64,000 nt of DNA from Elsinoe ampelina. Taxonomy: Eukaryota. Every line of letters begins with the position of its first letter. Position 1 is the stretch's first letter. Positions 32,663-45,800 of this stretch are shown in pieces. Location of the stretch: positions 1,263,850-1,327,849 of the forward strand of contig ML992509.1 in assembly GCA_010093995.1 (NCBI GenBank), read 5' to 3'. A program made the position numbers and the translations under genes. The notes under the pieces were generated by a model. The model made no database searches. It saw only the letters and a list, made by a program, of their open reading frames with translations, and was not told where the DNA came from.

Positions 32663-32897
32663 GGTCACTTGTGTTTGTAGAAAACAGACGGATTGGTCCT
32701 GGTAGGAGAGGTCGGCGCATTCGCAGCCGAAGTTTCCCCGACAGAGCTCAAGCTCGCGTCACTCATGTTGCCTGGTCTTGAGCTTCACATCTCAAACATC
32801 AAACATCGACCGCTTCCTCCCATCCGCTCTTCAGCTCATCTACTTCGCCAGTGCATCTAGAGCTCCTGATCTCGACTATTCTCTTGCGGTACTCACG

Positions 32898-33689
32898 ATG
32901 GCGTCCGTCTTCATGGACAGCACTCCCCGTGCTGGACCCATGCCATCCTTCAGCTCACAACCGCATCAAGCATCAGCACCCAGACAACATGCATTCTACC
33001 CATACACAGACAACGGAGGCAGCACACTCTCGATTTCAGGAGCCGACTTCACTATCCTCGCAGGCGACACGCGATCGACAAGCGGCTACAACATCAACAC
33101 CAGGTACGAGCCCAAGCTCTTTAAGATCGGTGGTGAGGGACCAGAGCATAAGGGCAGTCGCATCGCCTTATCAGTCGTTGGCTTCGCGGCGGATGGACAC
33201 GCATTGAAAGAGCGGTTGGATACTGCGGTCAAGATGTACAAGTTCCAGCACGGCAAGGAGATGAGCGTTTCGGCATGCGCGCAACGCCTGTCACACATCC
33301 TCTACAACAAGCGCTTCTTCCCATTCTACGTTACGGCTATCCTAGGAGGTATCGATGAGAACGGCAAGGGGGCTGTGTACAGCTATGATCCAGTGGGGAG
33401 CTACGAGAGGGAGCAGTGTAGGGCTGCAGGCGCGGCAAGCAGTCTCATCATGCCGTTCTTGGACAACCAGGTCAATCTGAAGAATCAGTACATTCCGGGT
33501 AGCGGGGAGGGTCATGCGCTTGTGCAGAAGACGCCAGAACCGATGCCGAGGAAGGACGTGGAGGAGCTGGTTGTCGATGCTTTCACGAGTGCGGTGGAGA
33601 GACATATCGAGGTCGGTGATGGGCTGCAGATGTTTGTGATCACAAAGGACGGGATTGAGGAGAAGTTCCAAGAACTCAAGAAAGACTGA
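32898..33689 (+). CDS. PRE7: 20S proteasome subunit beta type-6
   Basis: FYPYTDNGGSTL, LYNKRFFPFYV, SYDPVGSYERE and ERHIEVGDGL; start at ATG 32898. Confidence 0.95.
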   Translation: MASVFMDSTPRAGPMPSFSSQPHQASAPRQHAFYPYTDNGGSTLSISGADFTILAGDTRSTSGYNINTRYEPKLFKIGGEGPEHKGSRIALSVVGFAADGHALKERLDTAVKMYKFQHGKEMSVSACAQRLSHILYNKRFFPFYVTAILGGIDENGKGAVYSYDPVGSYEREQCRAAGAASSLIMPFLDNQVNLKNQYIPGSGEGHALVQKTPEPMPRKDVEELVVDAFTSAVERHIEVGDGLQMFVITKDGIEEKFQELKKD

Positions 33690-35842
33690 GCGTGGCATTC
33701 GATTGTGGACGCCGAGGCGCTTCGATCTGAGATGGTGCATATATCGTGGTCTGCTTTGGGAGGCCACATGCAGCTGATGTACGATAGCATTACCCAATAC
33801 AGTGCACGGTCGAACGGATTCAGACAAGAGTTTAATACGAATAGCCTAGGCAAGATGATGTCCATGGCCATGTGATCGTCTGCTTTTCCTGCCCACCACC
33901 TCTGCCACGACCTAGGCATAACAATCCAAGCAGACCACCAAGAGTCCAAGACCATGTGATCATCCACTACCCCAACTGCTTCCATTGCCTCGGGACAATT
34001 TCGATCGACAAGGTCAAGATCCGTTGCCACACCTTGGAGAATTTCCAACGAAGAGCCTCTTGATATAGACCCCTCACAGGAATGACGTGCGGTGTGAGAC
34101 CTGGACCGAGGTCGTTGGTCGTTGCGGCACAGAGAGGAATCCTGTCAGCTGCGTCGATTTTGGAGGCGACAAGGTAAGATTTTATGTGGGCATATTGATT
34201 CGGACTACAGACCGAGCTTGGGTCGATTGGACCGCTTCCGTACAGACACGGCAGTGGTGGTGGTGGTGGAACAACGAGCTCTTTCGGTATGCTTTGCGTC
34301 TTCATCACACACGTCCACGGATACGGATCAGCCGCATACAGTAGAGACTTGCACCTTTTTGCTTGACAGGCAGGATCCACTTCCCAATGATCTACGGTAC
34401 ACGACTAGAGAGCGCGTCTTGTTATTCGTCAAAGACGCAATTCCCATGCGAGCCATGGGCAATTTGCATGCAATCTCGGCCCGCGACTACCGAGATTTTC
34501 AGGTTGTCAGTCCTCTTTCCCGCGCCAAAAGTTGCTCTTTTCTCACTAAACGCCCTAGAGAATTCGCAGTCATAGGGCGAAATCCGTTTAAAGTTGCGCG
34601 GCAGAAACAGGGCTAACAACCTGGAAATCTTGGTATTCTCCTCTCGGCGTGGCTTCTTCTAATCAACCATTATTCGCTGGTGGCCTTTTGGTCAGGCTTG
34701 CGGGGCGGCCGATAGCTCTCATACTTTCTGATGATGGGACACCGGTTCTTTGATTGACATGGACAAAGCCAGAAGGCTGGTTTGCCCCTGATCACCCTGC
34801 CGGACTGTTCCAAAGGTTCCGATCGTCAAGGTCCTTCTTTCATTCTTCCTCGAGACCTCCTTCCCCAATCGCTTTGGCTCCGGACCGACACACCTGTCAT
34901 TGTCATGGGTAAAGTGGGCCAAGACTGTACGGACCCCAAGGCCGACATGTGGCTCGATGGAACCAGATTTTGACCTCTCTATGCTTTCAAGGTACTTGGG
35001 GTCCGGCCCCACGACGAACCTGGACATGTCGCCTCGATGTTCTTCTCTGAAGCGACACGCGAACTGGCAATAGACCTAGCATAGTCTCTCCTGCGGGTGC
35101 TGGTCTACGGCACATCTGCAGGTACATGGGTACAGATATGACAATCAATGCACGTTGCTTGTGCGAAGGGAGCGGTGGCACCTCGGCCCTGCCTGGCATT
35201 GGATCGATATCCATCCTGGCATCGTCCTGCAGGTCCCCTTCCCGACAAGCCGCCGCACGTCAACCATCCACGGACTTTTCTTGGATTCCCTCGCTGCCTT
35301 TGACCACCATAGAGTCAGGATCCTCGCTCATTGGTCCACTCGTCGACCACCTTGCCCCTCCTGTACCGCCGAACGCCTGTGGGACAACAAGACTTTCCTG
35401 CTCGCCCGGATCAAGCATTTTTTTGCTCTGCCTAACCGACAGAGCCCCGAGGTTGGTCTCAAACCCTGGCAATGTTCAGATGTCAGAGCAGTCCTCTCTG
35501 CCCGTGCCTCCGTCTGCCCTCCATCCTCATCGCTTGTGGAAGGCGTGGCTGGCGATTTCTCACCCAATCTATAACACGTGCGAGTCGAGTCCGAGCGGAC
35601 GGTACCAGGTTCTGACAAGTGGCTCGAAGCTGTCACAGCCAGGCCCTCGATCTGGTTGGTCTAGCGTCTTTGCCCGTTCTCTTGGGTCTTCTCATCATTC
35701 ACCTCGCTTCTCCCCGTTTGTGCAAAGCATTTTCTTTCATATGTTTCCCTTCTTCCTCCTTCCAGACACTCTTTCAACACGTCTCAAAATCATTTGCTCG
35801 TGCGAGGACAGATAGAGTGGAACTGGCACATCGACTTTCACC

Positions 35843-37179
35843 ATGGCCACCAGTGGCTATGGCGGCGAGGGTCCCCTGCTCATGGCCATCGGCTCGACAG
35901 AAAGCGCAATTGGTGTTATTGTGATAGGACTGCGACTGTATGGCGCCAGTAAACGAGCCGGAGAAATTCGATGGGACTTTATATGGATAGCATTGGCCGG
36001 CGTATGTATCCACCATCGTGCTGGTCATCGCATGCTAAACAGTATCAGATCTTTGGTCTTGCATCACAAGCGACCTTTGCCGTCTCCAACTATTATGGAA
36101 TGGGCAATCACATGAAGAATCTGACATACGCTCAAATCGGTCAATCGTTAAAATGGATCTGGATATCGATATTCGTCGGTCTGGTCGGCCTCACCTTTGC
36201 CAAATGGGCCATCATCGCTTTGCTGCTTCAGGTACAACTAACGACTCAAGTCAAACGGCGTGCCTTTCTTTGGTCACTAGGCGTTCTACTCGGGATAGTC
36301 TGCGTCGTCCAATTCGTTTTGTCCTTCACTCAATGTCAACCGGCCAGCAAACTCTGGAATCCTCGACTGCCGGGTTCATGTCCTGGCGCCACACGTGCTC
36401 TCTATTTTGGCTTTTTGTAAGTGTATCTTGCAACTGCCTTGTCCTTATGCTGACCTCGTCTTAGTCAAGGTGCCTCTGGCGCTGCGATTGATGTGATACT
36501 CGCATTGTACCCCATCTCCATTGTCTGGAATCTGCAGGCTAGCAGAAAGATGAAGGTCGGCTTCTGCTTGCTCATGGCAGGTGGCATCATGCAAGTGCCT
36601 TCTCACAGATATGCCAATCGCGTATCACTAACATGTCGCAGTCCCGCCGCCGCCGGCACCGTCAAAACAGTGATGCTCGACTTTCTGCGCAAACCCAACG
36701 ACATCACCTACGAATTCGCGCCATTCATGACCTGGGCAGCTACCGAGCTCTGGCTCATCATCATTCTCGGATCCATACCTCCTCTCCGCCCTCTTTTCGT
36801 CCGCCTCTTCCGCAAAGCCGCCAGCACTATCAACAGTGGGAACGGCAGCCGCGGAGGAGCCGCCACTCTTGGTCGCACCGCAGGCAGTGTTCCCCTCCAA
36901 TCCATCAGCAAGAGCCATCGTTCAAACAATCCTGTACATGACAAGAAAGGCGTCCACGCCTACACCTCCAACATCATGTCAAACGCCGACGATAGCGAAG
37001 AGGACATACTCCGCGACAACAGCGCACACATGGGACATATTGTCATGACGCATGAGTATGCGGTCGAGTCAGCCAAGCGACAGAGCAGCGTGAACGGTCG
37101 TCGGCCGGAAGACCTTGAGATCCAGAAGGACGAGGACCACCGTATGCACTATCCTTACCGGTCGCAATATACCCCTTGA
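35843..37179 (+). CDS. PTH11-like (rhodopsin-domain) integral membrane protein without a CFEM domain
   Basis: Exons 35843-36001, 36049-36416, 36465-36590, 36642-37179. Multiple hydrophobic helices; motifs LRLY, YGMGNH, QCQP..KLW....GSC, DVILALYP and ELWLIIILGSIPPLRPLF. Confidence 0.85.
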
Positions 37180-39697
37180 TGGCGACACAAGTGCTACTTT
37201 CGGAACGAAATTTTATGATCATTTGCGTTTTGGCGAGGTGTACGACAGGAATTGGAATACGTTTGAACTAGAGACCAAGACTATGTTCAGGAAGATGGCT
37301 TGGAAGACAGGCTTTTCGGGGTATATATTACGGTGTACACTACCAATCTTACGAGATTGAGGGATCAGGTTTCATCCACCCATTGCATTGTTCGAGGACG
37401 AGATACTCACTCAATATACTTGTGGAGATCGTCGTATCACTGGCAACCGTCTTCGCCCTTCGCAAAGCATAATATTGACAGATTTCTGGTGACTCGGGCT
37501 GATGCTTCTGCCCACGGACAAAGTCAACCAGACTTGGTCATCCACAATATCAATCCCCATCACCTGTCACTCAATGATCCCCGAACAAATGCCGATTGAG
37601 ATCCTGCGACACCTACAGAGACCAATGAAGCGCAAGAGAATTCTTCCGCTCAAGCAACAGCCACTGCAATCTAGATCTACAGTGCATGGAGAGGCTAAAG
37701 TCTAAACCACACCTTCCGGTGTAGTGCATACATGGATGCACATGCAGTGTCAAAAGCAGATAGATGCATGCAGTCAGATCTACGTTGAATTTCACGGAGG
37801 TCGAACGGAGAAAAAGGCAAAGAGGGTTTTCGGTGGCATCGTTTCATGTCACTAATAAGGTGTGTACAGTACAGTAGGTGCATGCAGGGGCGTTGGGGCT
37901 GCATGATGAGGCAGAGGGCGGATGAATGGACAGTGGGCTTTACTGTACAGTCTCTCCTCAGTGCGGGTTAGAAAGTATAATTTGTCATGCACCACTTAAA
38001 TTACTGGATTACTCGCGTAAGACGCCTCTAAACTCTCTTAGGACCTATCGGATTACGACAATTCTGTCACTAATATCTTTTAGCCAATCATTTCTGTGGC
38101 GTTTTAAGGATATGTCTAATCTGAGCTAAAAACTAGCCGTATCCGTGTGCATATGCGCTAAAATATTCCAACCCGTACTGAGGAGAGACTGTAGGAGTAC
38201 CAAGATCCCTATCCAGCTCGTGGAGATGCTGCCCGTCGAGGATGGCTGCACGACAACGCAGATTTCACAATGGAGGCTGACTTACGTCGCAGCTCCACCA
38301 TCCTATCGTGTAGCAAGTACCTCAGCACGCGGGATTCCCGAACCACTCTTCCCACGTCTCTGCCCTTGCCGATCATCCACGCGAGCACATGCTTGGAACG
38401 AAAGAGCATGCTAACTTTGGTGAGACACTCGCTACACCCGGCCGCCAGAACCTCCTTTCTCCCCGGGTACACTGAATCGCAACAATGCGCGTCTAGCACA
38501 TCACTACTCACTTGCATGGGAACCACTCAAGAAGTGACGCCCAGCACCTTCCGTTCTCGCCTCCCAAGCGATGCCGAAACCGGGCAGCGACTCATTCGGG
38601 CAGGGGACAAGTGCTGGGATGGGAATAATAATGCGTGCCAGACACCGGATCACGGCCAGGAGAACGTGACAGTTTTGCAAGCCTCATGCCGGTACTTGGG
38701 TTGACAGCACTCTCTCAAGAGTGGAGGCACTACACTACCGGATCGCAGCGGAGAGCAAGGATGGGCGAACCCCGAGGCGGTGTCGTGTTTCAGGATATTA
38801 TTATTATTGCGGCGGAATCCGCCTGCTGTCCCGCTCGCTTCTGTTCCCTGCGGACCCTGCCCCCCATCGTGACCTCTCACTCCATCGGCATGGGTCCAGA
38901 TAGCCACTTGCCTGCCTGGCACCCCCTGGCGCGTAGGACTCGCTCGACCTCGATGCCATTTGCACAAAAGCCAAAGGAAGCGGCCGATTGCATTCGAGTA
39001 CTGTGATCATTTCTAAAGGCGGAGGGAAGAAGATAGGTCAAGGGTTCCCTCGTCGATCCGTCGCCAAATTGGCTGACTCGCGTTCCCTAAATCCCGAGCG
39101 TCGATCACACTCGTCGGCCCAAGTACCCCTGTTCGCTCTAGCCGCAGCTCGGTTCGGGGCGAAACGGTCCGCGTGGTCCGCCGGAAGGCCCGGAACCCTG
39201 TTGACGAGGAGTGTGGAGTCTGTGGGAGCAGCATACCTAGTGCATTACATGGGTACGGTGTGCTCGCAGTCCTTGCCAGGTGATGGACATGTATGCATGC
39301 ATGTGGATGGTGGGGAGATCTAGTCCTACCGCTCACCGACGCTATCGCCGTGGATGGCCTTCCGCCGGGTATAAAGGTTGCATCGTCACGTACGCTAGGA
39401 GGCGAGCTGCAGGAGTGACAGGTCGGGGAGGAGGCGGGTAGACGGACGTGCATATGCATATGCAGCTGCAGATGTCATTCATGCACGATGCAGGTTGCGT
39501 CACTTGAGATGACATGGTCTAGTATGCACGTGCATCTACGACAAAGACCAGGATCAGATCGGTCCGACGCACTAAGCACCCAGGCAAGAGAAGCACGACG
39601 ACACCCCACGCAACAACCAGCCAAGCACAGCACGCAGCAATACACGCACCACAGCACAACAAGACCGTCCATCAATCATGTTCATGCATTACCTCCA

Positions 39698-42391
39698 CTA
39701 CCTCCTCCTCCGCCTCTCCGCCGCCGTCCCCCCCTCCTCCCTCTCCTCCAATCCGGGCGTCCTCCTCTCCTTCCCCCTCCTCCTCCTCGCGAAACTAATA
39801 TTACTCGCGCTATCATCCGGCGCCAACTCGCTCCTCCCATCATCAAACACCTCCTCCTCAGTCCCCCACCCACCCATACTCCCCGGCGTGGCACCCCATC
39901 TCCCTGCCCCTGCCCCGCCTTCGCCGGCTTCACTCGCGCTGCTCCCCCTCCTCGCTTGCGCAGCGACGCTGAGGCCCGCGGCCCGACTGCGCAGGTTGGC
40001 GCGGAGCGTCTCGGCGCCTTGGTGGAGCGCTTCGAAGGCGTCTTCGAGCATTTCCATGTCGCGGTAGATGGCGCGTTCGACCTCGAAGAGGACGGCGATT
40101 TCGGTTTCCTCGTCGTGTTGGACGGGTTGGCCTGACGTGGAGGCGGCGGTGCTGCCGGTTGTGGAGAAGGGGGTGGTGCCGCGGGAGATGGGGGAGGAAA
40201 TGTTGCGGAGGGGTGAGAAGGGGGTCGGCCCACGGCTGGCGGAGGAGAAGGGGGTGGGGCCACGGGTTGGTGGGCGGGAACCGGCGACCGAGGCGGAAGG
40301 TGGGAAGGAGGTCTCGGCGCCGGACCAGAGAAAACCGTCGAAGCGGCCGGAGACGAGAATGTCCCATTCTTGTGGAGCTATTGCGGCGAGTGTGGCGAGC
40401 ATGCTGTGGAGGTGAGGATTATTGACGAGGTAGAGTGTGGCTTCGGGGTTACGAGGTCGTGATTGAAGGCGGTAGAGACGTTGAAGCGCGGAAGAGGCCA
40501 GGCTGAGGACAGAGTTTGGTCTTTCTGGAGACGCATTGTTTGCTGGTGTTGCTGCGCGTGAGGGGTTGGCTGACGGTAGTGTCGACTGCCCTTTCATCAG
40601 AGCGGCGAAGAGTGGTCGCTTGTCTGGTTCAAGTCGAGTGATCATCGCAAAGGACAGCGTTTCGTCGTCAACATCAGTAGGTGGTTCCGACTGGGGAGCA
40701 TTGACATTCTGCGCTTCTAGCCAAGACTGTACAGATCGTTTGGTCTTGTCATTCTGCCTCATGTAATGCTGCTTGTACTCTTCTGGCACATCCGGATCGA
40801 GCTTTTGCATCGGTGTCTCAATCTTACCTGAGATGCCCAAGCCGTTGGTCTCCGGATCCAAGGTGAACGGCGGCCATGGCGGCAGCTCACGCCGTCCAGA
40901 GACAAACTCTAGAATTTCACCCCAGGATACGCCGTCGGCTTCCGCGGCCGAGAGGGTTGATGCAGGTTGAGTATTACACATGACACACTCGCACTTCTCC
41001 GACGAGATGTTTCTTGCAAAAACATGCTCGAGTCGATCGAGCAGACGTCTTGCTACTGATCTGTAGCCCGTTGCCACTGCTACAGATCCGTTCTTGGTCA
41101 AAACCTTGTTGAGATCTTCTATGCGTTTCATAACTGGTGAAAATATCTGTGCGGCATCGTTACTTGCGTTAGATGGTGGAATGCGTGGCGACATGTATTG
41201 CTGGTATGGTTGTACAGGTGGCTGATTTGAGCCGGGTATCAATGATTTGGGAAGCAAATAAGGCAAGCCTCCATTGAGCAGAAGGTAGTCCACTCGTGGA
41301 GTCTCTTGTGGAACATCCATTGGAGGTGGTGGAGGTGGGGGTGGTGGTACAGTGTCCATGCCGACCTGTGGCGGCCATGAAGGTGACACTTCGGGTATCG
41401 AACTTGGGGTTTGCGAGAAAGGTCGGAGGGGTATGCTGGCCGGTCGAGACATGGACGCTTGTGCTGTAGGTGCAGCATGCCGTATGTCAGCTGGTGGTTG
41501 GAATGATGATACCACGTTAACAGGCGCGGTCGCTGGCGCAGGTGTCTTTCTCTCTGGGGCAACAGAAGTGGCTTGGGAATCAGTATCTGTGGCGACCTGG
41601 GAGCCTTGCAAAGACCCTTGAGTAGGGGTTCTGTGGGAAGCACTCCGCTCTCGATCGACGGCATCCCGGTGCAGACTTGCCCCTGAAGCATATCGCCTGC
41701 TCGTCCCTCTGCTTGACTCTGTAGTCTTTGCAGACGAGTCTGAGTCCTCCCCTCGGGATGCCTTTCGTGGGCTTGTACTGGTTTCCGTTCGCAACTGAGA
41801 GGTCCGTAATCGTGCGCCCAGGTCCACACTCCTCCTTGGTTCATATCGGACACTGTCGTTGGACTTTCGGCTACTGTTTGCCGAATTGGCCCTCTTCAGA
41901 TCGCCCTCATCTGCAGTGAGGGGTGGGCTTGGTGGGGCACGCGACTTTGACTCTGATCCTTTCTTTCTGCTGTGCTTTGACCTGTCCGACTTTCCACCTT
42001 CTGTTGGGTCCGGTGTAAGGATAGATATCTTGGACTTGACTGGCTCTTGACCTGGTCTCACTGCCTCCCTGCTGTGTTCCTTGGAAAAGGCTGGATAAGA
42101 GCTGATCTTGGAGTCTCCGAGAGATGCCCGACGACTCATTTCTGGCACGCTCGACATTGTAGGCTTCGATTGTCGGGACGATAGGTCGATCATGGACGCC
42201 CTCGATAGTTTACTGCTGTCCGGACTGTGGGGCCTGCTCTTTGGTCTGGTTCTCTCCGGCGAGGAGGATCGTCGGTGGTGCTTCTTGCTGGATTTGTGCC
42301 GTTCCTTCTCTCTATCCTTGTCTTTTGATCGAGGAGTGTCCTCTTCCCGTTTGTTCTTCCTCCGAGGTGTATCACCGTCCTTTGGGGGCAT
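39698..42391 (-). CDS. Conserved-looking fungal hypothetical protein
   Basis: 897-aa intronless ORF: basic disordered N-terminus, poly-Pro, PRVDYLLLNGGLP, CxCxxC, WGEILEFVSGRRELPPWPPF and a C-terminal coiled coil. Confidence 0.8.
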   Translation of the reverse strand: MPPKDGDTPRRKNKREEDTPRSKDKDREKERHKSSKKHHRRSSSPERTRPKSRPHSPDSSKLSRASMIDLSSRQSKPTMSSVPEMSRRASLGDSKISSYPAFSKEHSREAVRPGQEPVKSKISILTPDPTEGGKSDRSKHSRKKGSESKSRAPPSPPLTADEGDLKRANSANSSRKSNDSVRYEPRRSVDLGARLRTSQLRTETSTSPRKASRGEDSDSSAKTTESSRGTSRRYASGASLHRDAVDRERSASHRTPTQGSLQGSQVATDTDSQATSVAPERKTPAPATAPVNVVSSFQPPADIRHAAPTAQASMSRPASIPLRPFSQTPSSIPEVSPSWPPQVGMDTVPPPPPPPPPMDVPQETPRVDYLLLNGGLPYLLPKSLIPGSNQPPVQPYQQYMSPRIPPSNASNDAAQIFSPVMKRIEDLNKVLTKNGSVAVATGYRSVARRLLDRLEHVFARNISSEKCECVMCNTQPASTLSAAEADGVSWGEILEFVSGRRELPPWPPFTLDPETNGLGISGKIETPMQKLDPDVPEEYKQHYMRQNDKTKRSVQSWLEAQNVNAPQSEPPTDVDDETLSFAMITRLEPDKRPLFAALMKGQSTLPSANPSRAATPANNASPERPNSVLSLASSALQRLYRLQSRPRNPEATLYLVNNPHLHSMLATLAAIAPQEWDILVSGRFDGFLWSGAETSFPPSASVAGSRPPTRGPTPFSSASRGPTPFSPLRNISSPISRGTTPFSTTGSTAASTSGQPVQHDEETEIAVLFEVERAIYRDMEMLEDAFEALHQGAETLRANLRSRAAGLSVAAQARRGSSASEAGEGGAGAGRWGATPGSMGGWGTEEEVFDDGRSELAPDDSASNISFARRRRGKERRTPGLEEREEGGTAAERRRRR

Positions 42392-42865
42392 ATTCCGAGG
42401 TCGAAGTGGCCAATAGACGGCAAGGAAAGGTTAGCGCTTGACGTGTAAATAGTGATCATTGGCGCTTGCGGGACCGAGGACGTCGATGTTGCACGAGAAA
42501 TGTAATGCTGTCATATAACCATGGTTTGGGCTGCAATGCGTCGTCTTTGGAGACCTGGAGTCTAAAAAGCCATGCATCTGCGCCGAACCGAGAAGTAGGT
42601 GTGCGTAAGAGGACGCTAGGTGTGATGAGACACCTGTGAAGTCCAAGGGTCGGTCCCCCCACCACCGGAGAGAAGCCCGACCCGCCAAGTATCGCCTCGT
42701 TCACATGTCACTAGCCAGAGTCTGTTCAACAGACGCGATATATATATCATTCTAAAGCTCTTTGCAGAGTATATGCTATGTACATAATTTCTATTGCAGG
42801 TATGAGCTGTCTGCGAGAGTACCGAGAATTGCCTAGACAAGCATCCATAGATGGATGTACAGAAG

Positions 42866-45800
42866 CTATGCATCCTCCTCGCTGTCATCCTCATCATAAT
42901 CCATGTCCTCATCATCGTCGTCTTCGTCATCATCGTCTAGCTCATCCTCTCCTTCCACGGGCTCAAGATCGTAATCATCCTCCAGATCTGCAAGCTGCTT
43001 GACCTCCACTTGGAAGCCGGCTTCCTTGAAGTTCTTCACGAGATCCTAGACATCTGTTAGCATATGTCTTCTGTTGTTCTGTAGGAATCTTCTTACCTCT
43101 TGCATAATGGTCGCGCAGGTGATGTACATGTTGGTCTTTGTAGGATCAAAAACGCTGCTGAAATACCTGGACAATACATCCTTGACCTGATCTGCGGACA
43201 CATCTCGAACCTTCTTCAACATCTCATCGTTGTAGTCCTTTCCTATACCTCGGATCACCTGATTCGAGAAGCTTACAGCCGCAGCATTGGCCGCGGTCGG
43301 CTGCTCATCTGCAAATCCTTGGACGATGCTGCTTATCGCGCCTTCCAATGCCAGCTTGTCTAGCTGGATGCGACCACTAGCTAAGCCAGTGATTTGCTCC
43401 TTGCTAGCTTCGAATGCCTTGTAACTCTCCGGTGATCTCCAAATGCGATAGGTCATAGTACCAGTCCCCAGAGAGCGATTGAAACCAGATCCATACGCAA
43501 GCCCAGTGCCACGGACAGCCACCCAGAGTGGTCCTTCGACTGCATCCAGGTATGAAGCTGCAACCATGATTGCAGGTAGATCAGGGTGCGCGTGACTGTC
43601 GGGGCCCTTCACGACGAAGCGGGCAAAGGAAGAGTCCACAGTGGCGAGAGGTACAATGATGGCCTTGTTACCCGGCGAGAGACCGCTCTCAGTGAGGAGA
43701 GAGCGTTGCTCCTCGAGGGGGCGGAGCGACTTTGATGTGTCCTTATCTTCAAGTAGAGAACGCCAGGTGGAGACAGGTGAGGTCAGCTGTGTGAGATCGG
43801 CGGCCACATATGCCCGGTAGTTGGACGGCTGGTGGATCGCTGCTACAAGCTCGTTGAGCTGCTTGATGACTTCTTGGGGTTCTTTGAGCATTTTTGCTTT
43901 GATTCGCCTAAGATACTTGGCCTTCACCAAAGTGGACGTAGCCCTGACGATTGAGTCACGCTTGTACTCCACCATGTATTCCGTGGCCGAGTTCATCGAT
44001 GATCCACTTCGCTTCTCGTCTGGGATGTCGGCAAGTATTTTGGTCAAGCTTGCCAGCAAGCGTTCCTCGTCGAACACAAAGTCGTACAGCATTGTCCGGA
44101 TCCATTTGATCGCTGTAGCATACTTGTCTTGTTCGACCTCGAAGGTCACTTGGAGCAGCTCCGAATGGGATGGACCGTAATTCATGGCAAAGCCCACTGT
44201 ATCTCTCTCCAGCTCCATGACAACATCCTCGAAGCTGATCTTCTTACCGTCCCGCATGATGGGTGTAGCGAAGAAGTTGTAGATGTACAGACTGATCAGG
44301 GGCTTGAGATGGGTCGGCACAGGACCCGTGCTCATCACCAACTTCATCCGGACGAATTTGCTGGGAATGTGTTCGAAATGTAGGAACAGCGGCAGGTCGT
44401 GATCGTCGGCATCGATGTGTCTCTGGATGTCATTATCCAGTCTGCCCATATTCTTCGCCAGTCCCGCTCTTGCAGTGGTTGTCCTGATGAAGTGAATGGA
44501 AGAAGTATCCGGGACTTCGAAAGATGACAGAATCGAATCTGGGATGGGCTTGTCGTTCTCCGCCTTTGCCTGCTCCAGCTTCTCGGTCAGTCTCTTTGAA
44601 CCTTCTTCCCCAAACTTCTCTTGCTGCGCTTTGACTCTGGCTTGCTCTTCCGCCTTGAGCTTGTCCGAGAGCTTCTTCGATGGAACGCCAAGTATAGATA
44701 CATGGTATGCATCTGAGAACCACTTTGAGAAGAAGTCACGCCATTGCCGATCCGACCAGGAGAGAAGCTCATCGTACTCGGAAAAGTCCTTGATGCGCTT
44801 CAGGTCACTGCCGCTCCGACTCCCGAAGAGATGGTCTCCTATCAAATCTGTGGCCAAACTCTCCGCACTGTTCTCACTTCGAAAGATCTGCTGGCGTACT
44901 TGACGTCGGATGGAATCGTGGACATAGTTCATGTCGAGTTCGTTGCTCGCCACTTCCTTCAGAATTTCAAAGAACCGTTTCTCGACATCGGCGAGCTTCG
45001 ATGTCTTCACCGCGGAGAGCGTGAACTCAACAGTTGTCTCTGGCCGGTGATTGGAGTAGTAATATACACCTGTGCAGAGATGCTCTTTCTCCACTAACTT
45101 GTTCTCAAGAACTGATGCCGATGATTCAGCGAGGTACATGAGGACAATATTGACAGCTGCCACTTCCAGAGCATTGTTGCAGTTGGGGCCAAGGAAGCTG
45201 ATGAGAATCTCCCCAGTTGACTCGTCCTCTTCAGGAAATTCCACGGTTTTGATTGTTGTGCCAGTCAGTGCTGGAGTCTTTGACGAATCCACCCAAGGGC
45301 GCTTGAAGGGTGCATCAAGAGGAGGAACATCGTCGAGAATGGTCTCTTCAAACTCGTCTAGGATCCTCAAGAGTTGCTGTTGGTCAATCTGACCAAGTAA
45401 AACCAACGACAAATTCTTTGGTTGATACATCTCTTTGTGAAATGCTCGTATCCGGTCTGCTGTCAATACTCGAAGATTCTCCATCATCCCGCCAGTCTCG
45501 TATCTGAAGCCGTTACCCTCGGGGTACATTGTCCGCTTTGATTCCAGCTCCATGAGTTCGCTTTGCGTATTTTGGACTCCTTGCATCTCGCTGTAGACAA
45601 CTCCGGCATCACGACCGTTGCCATCGATGTGATGCACTTCGGTATAGCAGCCGGCATCAGTCAGCGTCGGGACGAGTACGTGCTCCAGATATACTGGCAA
45701 TATCGACGCGAACCCATCCCAACCGGCTGTCTCCAACGTATATGCTGTATGGTCCGTTGCAGTCCAGGCGTTTGTGTTACTATAAACTCTGGTCGCTAGC

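Noticed and set aside
34545..34590. Hairpin CGCCCTA/TAGGGCG followed by GAAA, resembling a hammerhead stem II
   Set aside because: The CUGANGA core is absent.
34638..34700. CTCTCGGC and GGCCTTTTGG, reminiscent of the U2 snRNA 5' end
   Set aside because: The pieces are separated and the GTGTAGTA branch-pairing sequence is missing.
33800..35800. Several 60-230 aa ORFs between PRE7 and the PTH11-like gene
   Set aside because: No family motif or consistent exon chain could be built.
37200..39690. 2.5 kb gap with TGCA-rich tracts and short ORFs
   Set aside because: No supportable gene, repeat unit or RNA structure found by eye.
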